From Guillardia theta CCMP2712 (taxonomy: Eukaryota; Protista; Cryptophyta), in NCBI RefSeq assembly GCF_000315625.1, contig NW_005434617.1, positions 423,439-487,438 of the forward strand: 64,000 bases of DNA, given 5' to 3'. Of this stretch, positions 24,389 through 35,443 are shown piece by piece; the stretch's first letter is position 1, and every line of letters starts with the position of its first letter. Both the position numbers and the translations under genes were made by a program. The notes below the pieces were generated by a model, which saw only the letters and a list, made by a program, of their open reading frames with translations, searched no databases and was not told where the DNA came from.

Positions 24389-24939
24389 GGTGACGCAACC
24401 TTGCCAAGCATCGTGAGCGAAATTACCAAAGCAGAATCTACATCAATGATGGAAACAAACAACAAGTTCGGTAGTTGGCAGCATTTCAGCGCTAATTCGA
24501 ATCTCAGCAAGCAGTCTAAGAGGAAGAGGCAGGAAGGCAGTATCTAGAACAGCATGCGGGCATGGCGGAAAAGACAGTCACTTGGGATCATGACCAGACA
24601 AGTCCTTCATAGTGCGTAAGGATTCACGTGTAATATACAAGAACGAGTCTTTAAAACAAAGTGCATGAAAGTGATTCAGGGAGAAATCCCAGGAAATGAA
24701 CGAGAAGGAGGATACAGTGGAAGGAACAGTTGAATCAAAGGATTAAGAGGAGGTGAAAGGATGCTAAAGGGACTAGAGGACCAGAAGAAATAAGCTGTGC
24801 AGAAGGGCGCATGGAAGTGAAGTGAGAAAGATAGAGGAGAAATTGAGAAGAGCGGCAAGCAGAGCAAGGAGGCAGGGCCTGATGCCGAAAACATGGCTGG
24901 ATGCCAGCATGAGCAGCAGAGGGCGGGAAGTCTCAGGAG

Positions 24940-25700
24940 CACGAGTGGGGGGTGGGGGTGGAGGCACTTGGTCTTTGGTTAGGGAATTGTGGGGTACTCA
25001 GATATGGAAATATGGGTAGTCAATCAAACAAAGGGGTAGTGTGGCAAGGGGGTACTTTTGTCATGGAGCAACGGGTACTTGTTGAAACAGAAGGGGTGAA
25101 CATTCACAGGTGGTGTCGATTACAGTCAAAGAAGGGGGTATGAAGAGGGAAAAGTAGGGTAGGGATTGAAAAAGTGGGGTGTACAGGAAAAAGGGTGGGT
25201 ACTGAACCAAGAAGGTGGGTAGAAAGAAACCGGGTAGTAGTGTTCGGGTGCTGTATGGGGGGGTAGCTCCCTGAAAAGGAAGGGTGCGAATCTGAAACTT
25301 GATTTGAATTTTTCAAGTCTGGAATGCCACCACATTTTTAATGGTCATAAGTACCGGTACTGGTGTCACAAAAATAACTGAAAGGGTTCAGATTTCAAGA
25401 TGAGGGGTAGTCGCTCAACAGTGGCGGTGGGACGACCGGATAGGACTTTGGTCATAGCAACCGGTATGAGAAGTGAGCTAGGAATTGATAATAAGCAGGT
25501 CCTAGGAATATGAAATTTGAATTGCGCGCGGAAAGGACAGGTCAGCATGAGACTGAGGACCGGTCCTTTTGTCATCATTTACTTAGGTGGCCGTGGGAGC
25601 ACTTAGGGGTAGTTGACTAACCAAAGTACCCCCAGTTTTTACTGGATTGGCAAGGAATGCTAGGGGGTACTAGGAAAAGCGTACCGTCACTTTTCATCAT
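24940..25700. promoter_or_regulatory. GGGGTA-rich island in the divergent region between KPNB1 and the RING gene
   Basis: Many GGGGTA(C)/GGGTAG words and no credible ORF. Confidence 0.35.
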
Positions 25701-25730
25701 GATGTATCTCCAAAAAATGTGCCAAGAAAG

Positions 25731-25740
25731 TCTATAAAAG
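25731..25740 (+). promoter_or_regulatory. Candidate TATA box (TCTATAAAAG) of the RING gene
   Basis: Canonical TATAAAAG about 70 bp upstream of ATG 25807. Confidence 0.45.
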
Positions 25741-25806
25741 GCCGACCTGGGATGTCCCCCATCTACCACGCATTCCTCGCATCACTTCGCACATCGCTCC
25801 TCAGAC

Positions 25807-26385
25807 ATGGACAGTGGAAAGGAACGGGTGAAGTGCCCTAATCACATCATGTGCCATAGTGTCAATGAGAAGCTGTATTTCGACTGCCACGGAGGTCGAT
25901 GCCTTGATTGCAACATGACTTATGCGCGCGATTTCATCTTCTTTACGTCGGAAGAGGTCTCAGGGGAGGAATGCCCGGTCTGCCTGGACACTTCAAAGGA
26001 AAACTTTCTTAAATACCCGTGTGGACACTACATCTGTGTTGATTGCTTCTATCCAACGATGAGGATGGACGGTCCAAGAGAAGTGGACTTTGATCCAGAG
26101 TTCTTTTCAAACCAAACAGAGGACATCACGGATGGAATATCTGATGACCTGTTTGAACGCTGGCAGCAGGAAGAACGCCCTGAGTATTATGCTTGGGATC
26201 GGGCTGACGACAAGTTTCAGCAAACAGAGCAAGAGAGAATGCAACATCACCAACGACTCTTGCGGCGTTGCCCAAAGTGCAGATACAAGGGCCTGCCTGT
26301 AGCAGGAAAAGTTGGTGGCTCTAGGGCCTGTGTTGAATGCCCGTATTCCAATGCAGGGCAGTGGATCGGTATTCTATCCAATTGA
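25807..26385 (+). CDS. Intronless C3HC4 RING-finger protein with an extra N-terminal Cys cluster and a long acidic insert (giant-virus-like architecture)
   Basis: CPVC-x10-CGHYICVDC-(long acidic insert)-CPKCR, preceded by KCPNHIMC...DCHGGRCLDC. Confidence 0.8.
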   Translation: MDSGKERVKCPNHIMCHSVNEKLYFDCHGGRCLDCNMTYARDFIFFTSEEVSGEECPVCLDTSKENFLKYPCGHYICVDCFYPTMRMDGPREVDFDPEFFSNQTEDITDGISDDLFERWQQEERPEYYAWDRADDKFQQTEQERMQHHQRLLRRCPKCRYKGLPVAGKVGGSRACVECPYSNAGQWIGILSN

Positions 26386-27384
26386 AAGCGGCTCTAGGGT
26401 CTGCGTTGCAGTCATCTAGCAACTAAATAAAGATTAGGAAAACATGAGCAGATCACATGGAAAATAAAAAAATCAAGTTCATATAAAGGATGCAACAGTA
26501 CGTCCTTCTCCCAAATGCCCTCCTTCAGATGGCACACTGTATTCAAACACCTTAAAACAGCATCATCACCAGCACCAGCCGTGACTATCTCAATGTGTTG
26601 CTGCTGTATTGACATAAGCGTTGGTGAAGCGAAGCTCGCCTACTTTCAACTTCCTGAATTCAAAACCTACCATACCGTGGCATCATCCAAAACCTACCAT
26701 ACTGCATCATCATTTGTATCTGTGTATACTTGTTCATGCCATTGACTTTTTCAATGTAACTTGAGATGGAAAAATTGTTTGGCAGATTCGCTGCGATGTC
26801 GCTTTTAAAGAGTATCAATATGTTCCATGATCTTGAAACTTGAAAGATGAGAAGATCATCAACCAAATTGAAACCCAGTGGTGGCCCGGGAAACGGCCCT
26901 TACGGTACCGCCCGGCCCGGGTGACTAGGCCGCTGCCCCCGGGGCCCGGGACTCCGATCAGGATGTAGCCGGCAACTTAAAGGAGGAGGCGGGTAGAAAA
27001 TTTGAGCCAGTGCACTGGGAAGCGCCCCATGCGGAGGATGGGAGTGGAGGGAAGGGAGAAGGAGGGAGAGGGGGAAGGGGAGGGGTGAAGGAAGGGGATA
27101 AAGAGGAGGAGAGAGGGACGATACAGACACGAGAGGGAGGGAAAGAAGATGAGAAGGAAAGGGAGGAAATTGAAGAGGGAGAAACAATTGAAGGGTGGTG
27201 AAGGGAGAGGATAGGATCGGATGATGGTGTCTGACGTGTCAGTTGCGTCCTCTGACCCCTGATTTTTCAATCGGGCAGCCATAGAGTCATCATCTCATGG
27301 CTTGCTGAAAGATGTTGTTGGTGAGGATAAAACCTTTCACTCAGTGATTTCCATGACTGCAAATGGTACCAGCTCTCTGCTACG

Positions 27385-29804
27385 ATGCTCAGCCTCCATG
27401 CTCGGAGAAGCCTCCTCTGCATCCTCCTCCTCCTCTCCTCTTTCCTCAATCTCTGCACTCCTTTCGCGCCAGCGGCTCTCCACATTCAGCGGAGCCTCCC
27501 TTCCTGTTGGCGTCCGGCATGGCCCTCCAGGTGCCACGACTCTGAGTTGGCAACGGTGACACTGAGGCCCTTGTAGTCTCAGCAGGTCATGCCGGCAAAC
27601 AAGCACATGGAAATGCGCCAACGAGGTCTCAATCCCATGGCCCGACCTTGCCGCTGATCCCTTCTCCGCCAGGACGTGAGAGGTTTCGAGGAGGAGGAGG
27701 ACGAGAGGTAAATCTCCCTTCCCCCTCCCTGCTCTTCTCAGCTTCTTCTGCAGCCTGCGGAAGAGCACGCGGAGGAAGATGCGCGACAAGTCCAGCACAA
27801 GGTCACTCGCAGGGAAGAAGCTGAAGGTGAGGGAGGAGAGCAGGAGCTCGTGAAACGTTTTCAGCTGATACCCTACAAGCGGACGCGGGCGCGGGGGACC
27901 TCAACGGAGTTCCTGGTGGAGGAGCTCACGACAGATGATGGGCTCTTGCTCTCTGGAGGGCTGCTGCTAGAGGTACTGACCCCTCAGGAGCAGGAGGAGC
28001 AGGAGGGGGAGGAGCAGCAGGAGGAGGAGCAGGAGGAGGAAGTGGTGGTGGTCTGACTGTTTGCTCAACCCCAAGGCTCGCTCCAACTGGGTCCGAGACC
28101 TGATGTCTACCGGTCGATCGCTCCTCCTCCGCCGGATCGCCGACCGTCTTGGCTTCATTGGCCTCTGGTCCGTCTTCGTCTCCCTCCTCTTCGCCTTCTC
28201 CCCCGACGACTGGCACGTGCACGAGGTCCTCAAGGTGCCCGAGTGGCCGCACGAGCTCGTCGGTGGTTTCCTGTCCATCCTCCTCGTGTTCAGGACAGAT
28301 CAGGCGTACCAGAGGTTCTGGGAAGGAAGGGAGCGATGGGCTGACGTAGCAGGTCATGGATCTTTCTCTTTTCCTCTCCCCTCCTCTTGCTCCTCCTCCT
28401 CCAACACCACCACCATCACCAACACCTCCTCCTCCTCCTCCTCTCCTCGATCCTTCTTTCTCATCCTGTCGTGCTGCTCGCCCTCTTGCTCGTCATGCTG
28501 TCCTTCCGTCCTGAGCATGCGCCTGTTCTTCTTCTCTTCCTCCTCCCCTCACAGCACTGTTGGCTGAAGTCTCATCGCTGGCAGCCCATCTCCGTACGAT
28601 GACTCGCATCACGGTGACGGCGGTGGAGCCGCGATCTCAGGACGCGATCCTCTCCCACCTCTGCGCCTTCCCCATCACGCTGAAGCAGCACCTGAGGGGA
28701 GAGAGGAGTGGCTCTGAACTAGAGCCCATTTTCGACGCGTTCAATCCCAACGAGGTCGAGGACGGGGACGAGGACGGGTCCCACAACATTCAGAACATCC
28801 TCGGAGCCAACAACATGCCCCTGACCCTGTTGACGTCTCTCTCTTCACAGGTCCGCCCCCCTCCTTCCCTTACTCCCTCCTCCCTCCATTACCCCTTCCT
28901 CCTCCTCCCCTCCTCCTCCCCCCGCCCCCCCCTCCTCCTCCTCCTCCTCCTCCNNNNNNNNNNNNNNNNNNNNNNNNNNNNNNNNNNNNNNNNNNNNNNN
29001 NNNNNNNNNNNNNNNNNNNNNNNNNNNNNNNNNNNNNNNNNNNNNNNNNNNNNTCCCGGGCAGCGATGCCAAGAGGACACACCGCCTCTCCCCTGCATCA
29101 CCTCCTCTTTCGGATACACGTCATCATCGCCGCCGACACCGGACGACTCCTCAGCGACATCTTCATGCCGCCAGCTCTACACTACCTGTCTTCTTCTTCA
29201 TCGTCCTCCTCCTCCCCCGCCCCCTGCCCCCTGCCCCCCCCTTTCACTGCCGTCTCCTCAGCTTCATCTGCTCTCCATTTCATTCCTCTCTTCCTCTTAT
29301 CCTCTTCTTCCCTTCGATTCTCCCCCTCCTTGCACTTCCCTCTCCTCTCTCTTCGCTCCTCCGACAACAAGCTCAGGTCCTGCCCCTCGATCGATACTGC
29401 TGGGGAATACAGCGAGACGTTATCCAACAGGTCAGAAGGAGGAGGAAGAGGAAGAGAGAGGAGAAGGAGGAGGAGGGGAGAAGAGAAGGAAGGATGAACA
29501 GGAGAGGAGGAGGAGGAGGAAGTGGTGGTGGTGCATCCGGGACAAGGACGAGGAGGAAGCTCTTTGACGATACGAGCAGGCGGTGTTCATGGCGGAGGGA
29601 TCCAAGAGAAGAGTGAGTGGAGGAAGAGCAGAGGAGTGGGAAACATGGATGGGCAGCGGGGAGGGAGGTGAAGGTAGCGGGGACGTTGGAGCAAGAAGGA
29701 AGGAGGGGAAGGGGAAGGGGAAGGGGAGAAGGTAAGAGCTGACGATTCGGCAGCGGTATATGTCCATCTCTTCGCAGATCAAAGTGTCTTCACCATTCCG
29801 ATAG
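27385..29804 (+). CDS. Bestrophin-like anion channel (bacterial YneE / plastid VCCN-BST type) with a bipartite plastid-targeting leader; spans an assembly gap
   Basis: PHELVGGFLSILLVFRTDQAYQRFWEGRERW (RFWEGR motif), AFPITLKQHLRG and VLPLDRYCWGIQRDV. The N-terminus is a signal peptide followed by FAP. Confidence 0.88.
28954..29053. other. Assembly gap (100 N)
   Basis: N run. Confidence 1.
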
Positions 29805-29806
29805 AG

Positions 29807-29929
<123 letters not shown>

Positions 29930-30199
29930 CAGGAGGCAGGAGGCAGGAGGCAAGAAGGACTCGTATCGGCCTATCAACTCTTAAAATACACACTGTATAT
30001 GAATTTTGTCCTGATCCTCCTTCTCCTCCTCCTCCTCGTAATTCATTCTCGTATAAAACGCATCCTTATCCTGACTACTGTCTCTCTGATCTCTCTCGTT
30101 ATCTTCACTTCCTCTTCTTCTCTCCCCTCCCTCCGCCCCTCCGTCCCTCCCAGCCCTTCGTCCATGTCGGTTCAAGTTTTTCATTACATCTCCATCCTC

Positions 30200-31289
30200 T
30201 TCACAACATGCTGGCTGCAGGCACGTTCCTCCTCCTCACGAGTTCAGCTGCCGTCAGCGGCTGACTCGAGCTGCCAGCATCGAACAATCTCCGTCCTTGC
30301 CCGCTCCCTCCCTCCTCCTACGGCAGCGGCTTCATCATACTGATCACAGGCCCTTCCAGCCTCCCTCCTCCATACACCAGCTCCTCCTTCACTCCAATCG
30401 TCGCCTCCTTCCGCTCCCCTCCCAGCGGCGCCAGCGTGTTGGCATGCAGCATGGTACCGTTGAGGTTCACCTGGAAGTTGAGGGGAGGAGGGCACTGGTC
30501 CAGGATGGTCTGAGCCTTGAGGAAGAGCGACCCCTCCCCTCCTCCCTCTCCCGTGTGGATCCCCCGCAGGTTCGTCCTGACTGTGCTCTCTCCAACCTGC
30601 CCACAAGGTCAGCATCGCCCCTCGCCCCTTCCCCCCGCTGACTCTTCCCCTCCTGCGTTTCCCCTGTCCTTCCCTCCCCCCCGCCCCCGCTCCTTCCAGC
30701 ACACTCCTCCTCCTCCTGACAACAACCTGCAATGAGGTCGCAATGTTCTTGGCAATAGCAAGTCCCGCTCCAACATGCCTGATCACAACAACAGTAAGCT
30801 CCTCCTCTTCCTCCTGCTCCTGCTCCTGCTCCTCCTCCTCCTTGCCCTTCTCCCACCACCTTCCTCCTCCTATCTTGACAGGAACCGTCTCCTTCCCCCA
30901 GCTTCCCCCTACCTGCAGTAGAGGTGCATCGTGCAGGCCGCGATCGTCTTGGGCGCCTTCCCCGCCAGCGGACCTTGTTCCAAGCTGGTGGCCAGCTCGA
31001 AGAGAAGGTTCCTCGTCAGCTGGTCCTGAGCTGGGGAAGTCGAGAACTGAATCCTCCGGAAGAGCTTCGACAGGACGGAGCTGGCGAGGTGCTGGGGTCC
31101 GGCCTCCACCTGCCGGATGGGAACAATGCGCTGCAGCGCCAGAAATCCATCCCAGATCTTGCGACGATCCGGAGCCTCCTGCGAAGAAGTGGGGTCAGCA
31201 GGAGGAGGAAGAGGAGAGAAGGGGGCGGGAGGAGTAAGGTAGAGGCGCGGTGAGGTGAAGAGCAGGAGTAGTGAGTAGTACCAGAATTG

Positions 31290-31327
<38 letters not shown>

Positions 31328-32472
31328 CAGCAGCAGCAAGAAGGAAGAGGAGCAGGAGCAGAAGGAAGAGGAGCAGGAGGAGGAGCAGGAGGAGGAGGAG
31401 GAGGAGGAGGAGGAGGAGGAGGAGCAGGAGGAGGAATCTACCTTGCCCCAGACTTGAACGGCAGCAGACTCGATGTGAGCGAGGCGGGATTTGCATTCTG
31501 CCTCATCCCCCTCGTCTCCATCATCGCAGCTCATTGCCAGCACGACAGCCGCGTACATCGGCCTGCATGACGTTCAGCTCTCCTCTGCTTCCCTCACTCC
31601 TCGTTTTCTACTTCCCATCATCAAAGATTTACGACTCCTCCCACACATCTATCACTGTCCCTTGCCCTCCATCCTTCTTGCCCCGTATCCTGACCCGAGT
31701 CCCCTTGCCTTGTCTTCCTCTCCCTCCTCCTCACCTCGACGGGCGGCCTGCTGCCTTGCCTGACTCCCGATACTTGTCATACAGCTGGATCGATTTCTCC
31801 ACGAACTGCAGCAGCAGGAGCATAAGGAGCTGACTTAGCCCGCTCTTCCTTTCACCTTGCTTCCTCCCACGTACTTGGACGCTGCCTCGCACAGCAGGCG
31901 AATCTCCTTGTAGTGCTTCTCCGACCTGCTCGATCGCGTCAGCTGGAGAGCATGCCATGCTGAGCAAGCAAACCGGCTGCGCTTGGAGGAGGAGGAACTC
32001 TCGGGCTCCTTGTCCTCACGGGGACGCTTGATGGTCTGCTGCTGCTGCAGTTGCTGCAAGGAAGAGCAGAGGAGAAGCAGAGGAAGGGTGGAGAAGAGGA
32101 GAAGGAGGAGGAGGGAAGGAGGAGAAAAAGTCAGGAGCATACTTCACAGGCACGCGAATGTCTCACCCCAAGGTCAGAGTTGAAGATACTCCTCTGCTGA
32201 ATCGGATGCACGCACATTTGCGGTTGCTGTGCTGTCTCGATGCTGTGATGGAACGAGAGGACGCTCGGGGCGGGCTGGAGCTGGACGGGGCTCTTGCTGT
32301 CCAGGACGTTGTCGGAGGACGCCCACGAATGGGCTAACTCAGGGAATAGGGCGGAGAGGCAGGGAGAGGCGTTCTCGTCTACAGCGCTTCCCTCCCACAG
32401 CCCTGCCCCCTCGTGCAGGACATCCACCCCAGGCTGCATCAAGAACGAGAGAGCGCCATCGTCGTTCGCCAT
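30200..32472 (-). CDS. Divergent TFIIB-like protein (two cyclin-fold repeats, no recognisable N-terminal zinc ribbon); multi-exon
   Basis: Repeat 1: HYKEIRLLCEA..FVEKSIQLYDKY..GRPSR..VYAAVVLAMSC..RRKIWDGFLALQRI. Repeat 2: GKAPKTIAACTMHLYC..AKNIATSLQ|VGESTVRTNLRGI, resembling TFIIB GRSPISIAAAAIY..EIADVAGVTEVTIR. The 3' end is approximate. Confidence 0.6.
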
Positions 32473-33249
32473 GGTCCTCCTTGAGAACCCGCTGATCAGG
32501 CTGACATGAGCGTGTTCAAGTCCTCCTGCGGTCGAAATGCTATCAGTGGAGACCGTAAGGAGATGATGACTCGCTCGCAGCGATGACTAGAAGCTTCTCG
32601 AATCGTATCCTCCCCTCCCCGTCTACACACTAACACAGCCCGAGTCAAGCTACTTGATGGGATACACTACGCGGGGCGAGCAACGCAGTAGGTGTTGACG
32701 GGCTCTCAAGCTCAACCCTTGCCCTGAACAGATTCTTCCCTGTTGGGGCAATTTTCACACTCAGAGGAGAGTATATCAGAGCATGAACAACACATCAGAA
32801 GGAGGAGATGGGGCACGCCATGTGGACGATTCCTACAAGAATAGGAAGAGGCGCACTGCACAAAGGCTAGTGTCTCCACGAGTGCTGAAGGAGGAGGATG
32901 AGGAAGCTCCTGGAGCTGATTTGGAACAAGCAGGTTAAGGAATCTAGGTCTCTGCATCTTCTACAGATGGAGGCACAAGATGAGAACGCCTCGACCACTC
33001 CTTCTGCTCCTCCTGCTGCTCCTCCTGCACTATTGTGAATTACGAGCATGGAAGCGGCGCTTAAGTCTGTCCTTCCAAATCCAGTTGGCAGCAATATTTC
33101 AATGGAGTCCTCCAAATTATCAAATTATTTAAACTTCACAAAATGTTTACATAAACTGGCTCAAGATTTTCGAGCGTTCACACCAAATGCAATCAGACCA
33201 GCCAACTTAATTCAAAGTTGTAATGCAACGATTCGTCACGATGACCGTG

Positions 33250-34400
33250 AAACGACTACCCCACCCCCATCGCTTTACCTCATCAGTACCCTTGAATCAA
33301 CATTACTATCTGGGGGTGTTGTCCCTTATCGCTACCACCCACCCCATAAGGTTGTTCAGGTCCCCACCCCCTTCCTCATGTCCCTCGTGATCATTACTAC
33401 AGGTATCACATTGGAAACCAAAAGACCCTACCCCCCCCATACAAAAGCACCACTCTATTATAACCCCTACCCCATCTTCATAAGGGGTGTATTAAAGCAG
33501 ACAAGCCTTCCTCATGACCCCTTTGCCCCGACTACCCCTATCCCCCAAGTACCCCCACCCTCAAAAACGAACACGGAATCCACCCCTGATATTGCTGTGC
33601 TCAATGCGTCCCCACTGTTGTAGGAGACTAGGAGACACTCCCTACACCCCTCATGAGACAGGAGAAACAACCGGTACTCAGACAACTCTACGGCCACACA
33701 CGCCGAAGGGCCTGATTTCTTGAGGCTCTAGTGTTGCAGGGTAGGTGGTTCTGAAGTCAACTTGGGGGTAGGAGAACAACAGGTGTAGTGAGGTAGGGGG
33801 GTAGGGGTAGTAGCGACGTCCGGTCCCTCCAAACGAACAGCAGGTCGTGAAGGGAGCATACATTGGTTAACCTAGGGGGGTGGGGTACCTCTCTGGTAGT
33901 TTAGGGGGATGTTGAAGGACAGGGAGAGGGTGGGGGTTCTGCATAAATCGATTGAAATGATTTATGTTGAATGGCGGGAGATATTGGTGGGAAACCACCG
34001 GGTGGTTGAAGTATTCAAAGGGGGGTGGTAGATCAAATCGATAAAACGATAAGGAGGGGGTGGGGGTCAGTGTAATTGTCGGATACGTATAAGGTTTTGT
34101 TGGCATTCTGACGGGTGGTGGACTCTGAGAGATTTCGAGGTGGGTGGGGTGGTGTTCATGAGAACAAGATAAGGGGGCGGTCATTTTGCCTGAGAAAATA
34201 CACCGGGCAGGGGTGCTAGGGGTCCTCTTCCTATCAAATAACAGAGGGAGGGAGGATGGTGGGTAGGTAGTAAGGTGGAAATTGAGGGGTAGTAGGTGGG
34301 TGCAGTAAAGCCAGCAGGTATAAAGGCGAGGAGGCTTTTGTTTGGAACCCTCGAAAGGACCGGTCAATATCCCACATGTCCAAGTGATGGTGTAGGGTAG
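33250..34400. promoter_or_regulatory. TACCCC/GGGGTA island with a strand-skew switch near 33720, between the divergent TFIIB-like and cyclophilin genes
   Basis: Left half is C-rich (TACCCC) and right half is G-rich (GGGGTA). Confidence 0.4.
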
Positions 34401-34558
34401 GGTGATGAACCGAAGAGGCTAGAAAACGGCCAGTAACGGCACCGGGCCCGGGGCTTAGCAGGTGACTGACAGTGCGACGGGGAAACCCATGGCCCGCCCA
34501 GGCCCGAGTGATTGACCGTTACAGTGATCCGTCAATTGTAACGGAGGGATCGGCTTGC

Positions 34559-35381
34559 ATGGCGGCTTTCTTGGATATAGATATCGGCGACGAGCAGAAG
34601 AATCAAGAGGTGGGGGAGGAGGAGGAGGGGAGGGAGGAGAGAGCATGCGAGAAAGGGAGGGGGAGATGAGCTATGGGAGAGAGGGAGAGAGTTTGGTGGG
34701 GGATGGGGGATGATAGATGGAACGGGATGAAGAAAAGAAGTAGAAATGAGTACAAGTGAACCATTGAACGTGAATCTCACGTTGAAGGCTCATGGGAATT
34801 AGGGGGGATGGTTGGTTGGATGGTCGAGGAGCTGACTGACGTGATGTCGTGTACGATGAGTTTAACTGAGTTTCTCTCCCTCCCTCCTCCCTCTCCCTCC
34901 CTCCTTCCCTCCCTCCCTCCCTCCCTCCCTCCCTCTTTCTCTCTCTGCAGGAGGTCGGAGAATGGGAGCGGGCATGCAGGTTTGGAGGGTGAGGGAGGTT
35001 GTTGCTGTGGAGATGACGTCCTTTCCTCGCCATGGAAGGTTCCTCAAGACCAGCGGGAAGCAGTATGGGTAAGCAGCCTGTCGTCTCCTGACGTCTCCGT
35101 TGACCTGCGGGCAGGCTGGTGGGAGAGACTCCGTCGGATCTGGATGACGAAGGGAAGGAGAGCATGTTAGAGGTTTTGTTGTCTCTCAGCTTACGGGGGA
35201 GGAGAGGGGCTGAGAGGTCGCTGCCAGATGTACAAGACAGACCCCATGAGCTCCGAGGGCCCGATCCGCTCTGCTCCTCCTCCCTCCCTCCGCGCGGGAA
35301 GATTGGTGAGTGAAGGTCATCGAGATGTTGGTCGTGAGGAGGACGAGTCGATGACGCCGACGTTGGGAAAGGAGGGAAGAA

Positions 35382-35443
<62 letters not shown>

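Noticed and set aside
29054-29375. Coding-looking sequence right of the gap in bestrophin
   Set aside because: No frame shows the expected bestrophin TPIP/EEPF motifs. It was treated as intron or misplaced sequence.
32700-33050. Possible small gene upstream of the TFIIB-like gene
   Set aside because: No frame gave a convincing or spliceable product.
33048-34367. 191-aa and 166-aa Pro/Thr/Tyr-rich ORFs
   Set aside because: Composition simply mirrors the TACCCC island, with no splice or codon support.
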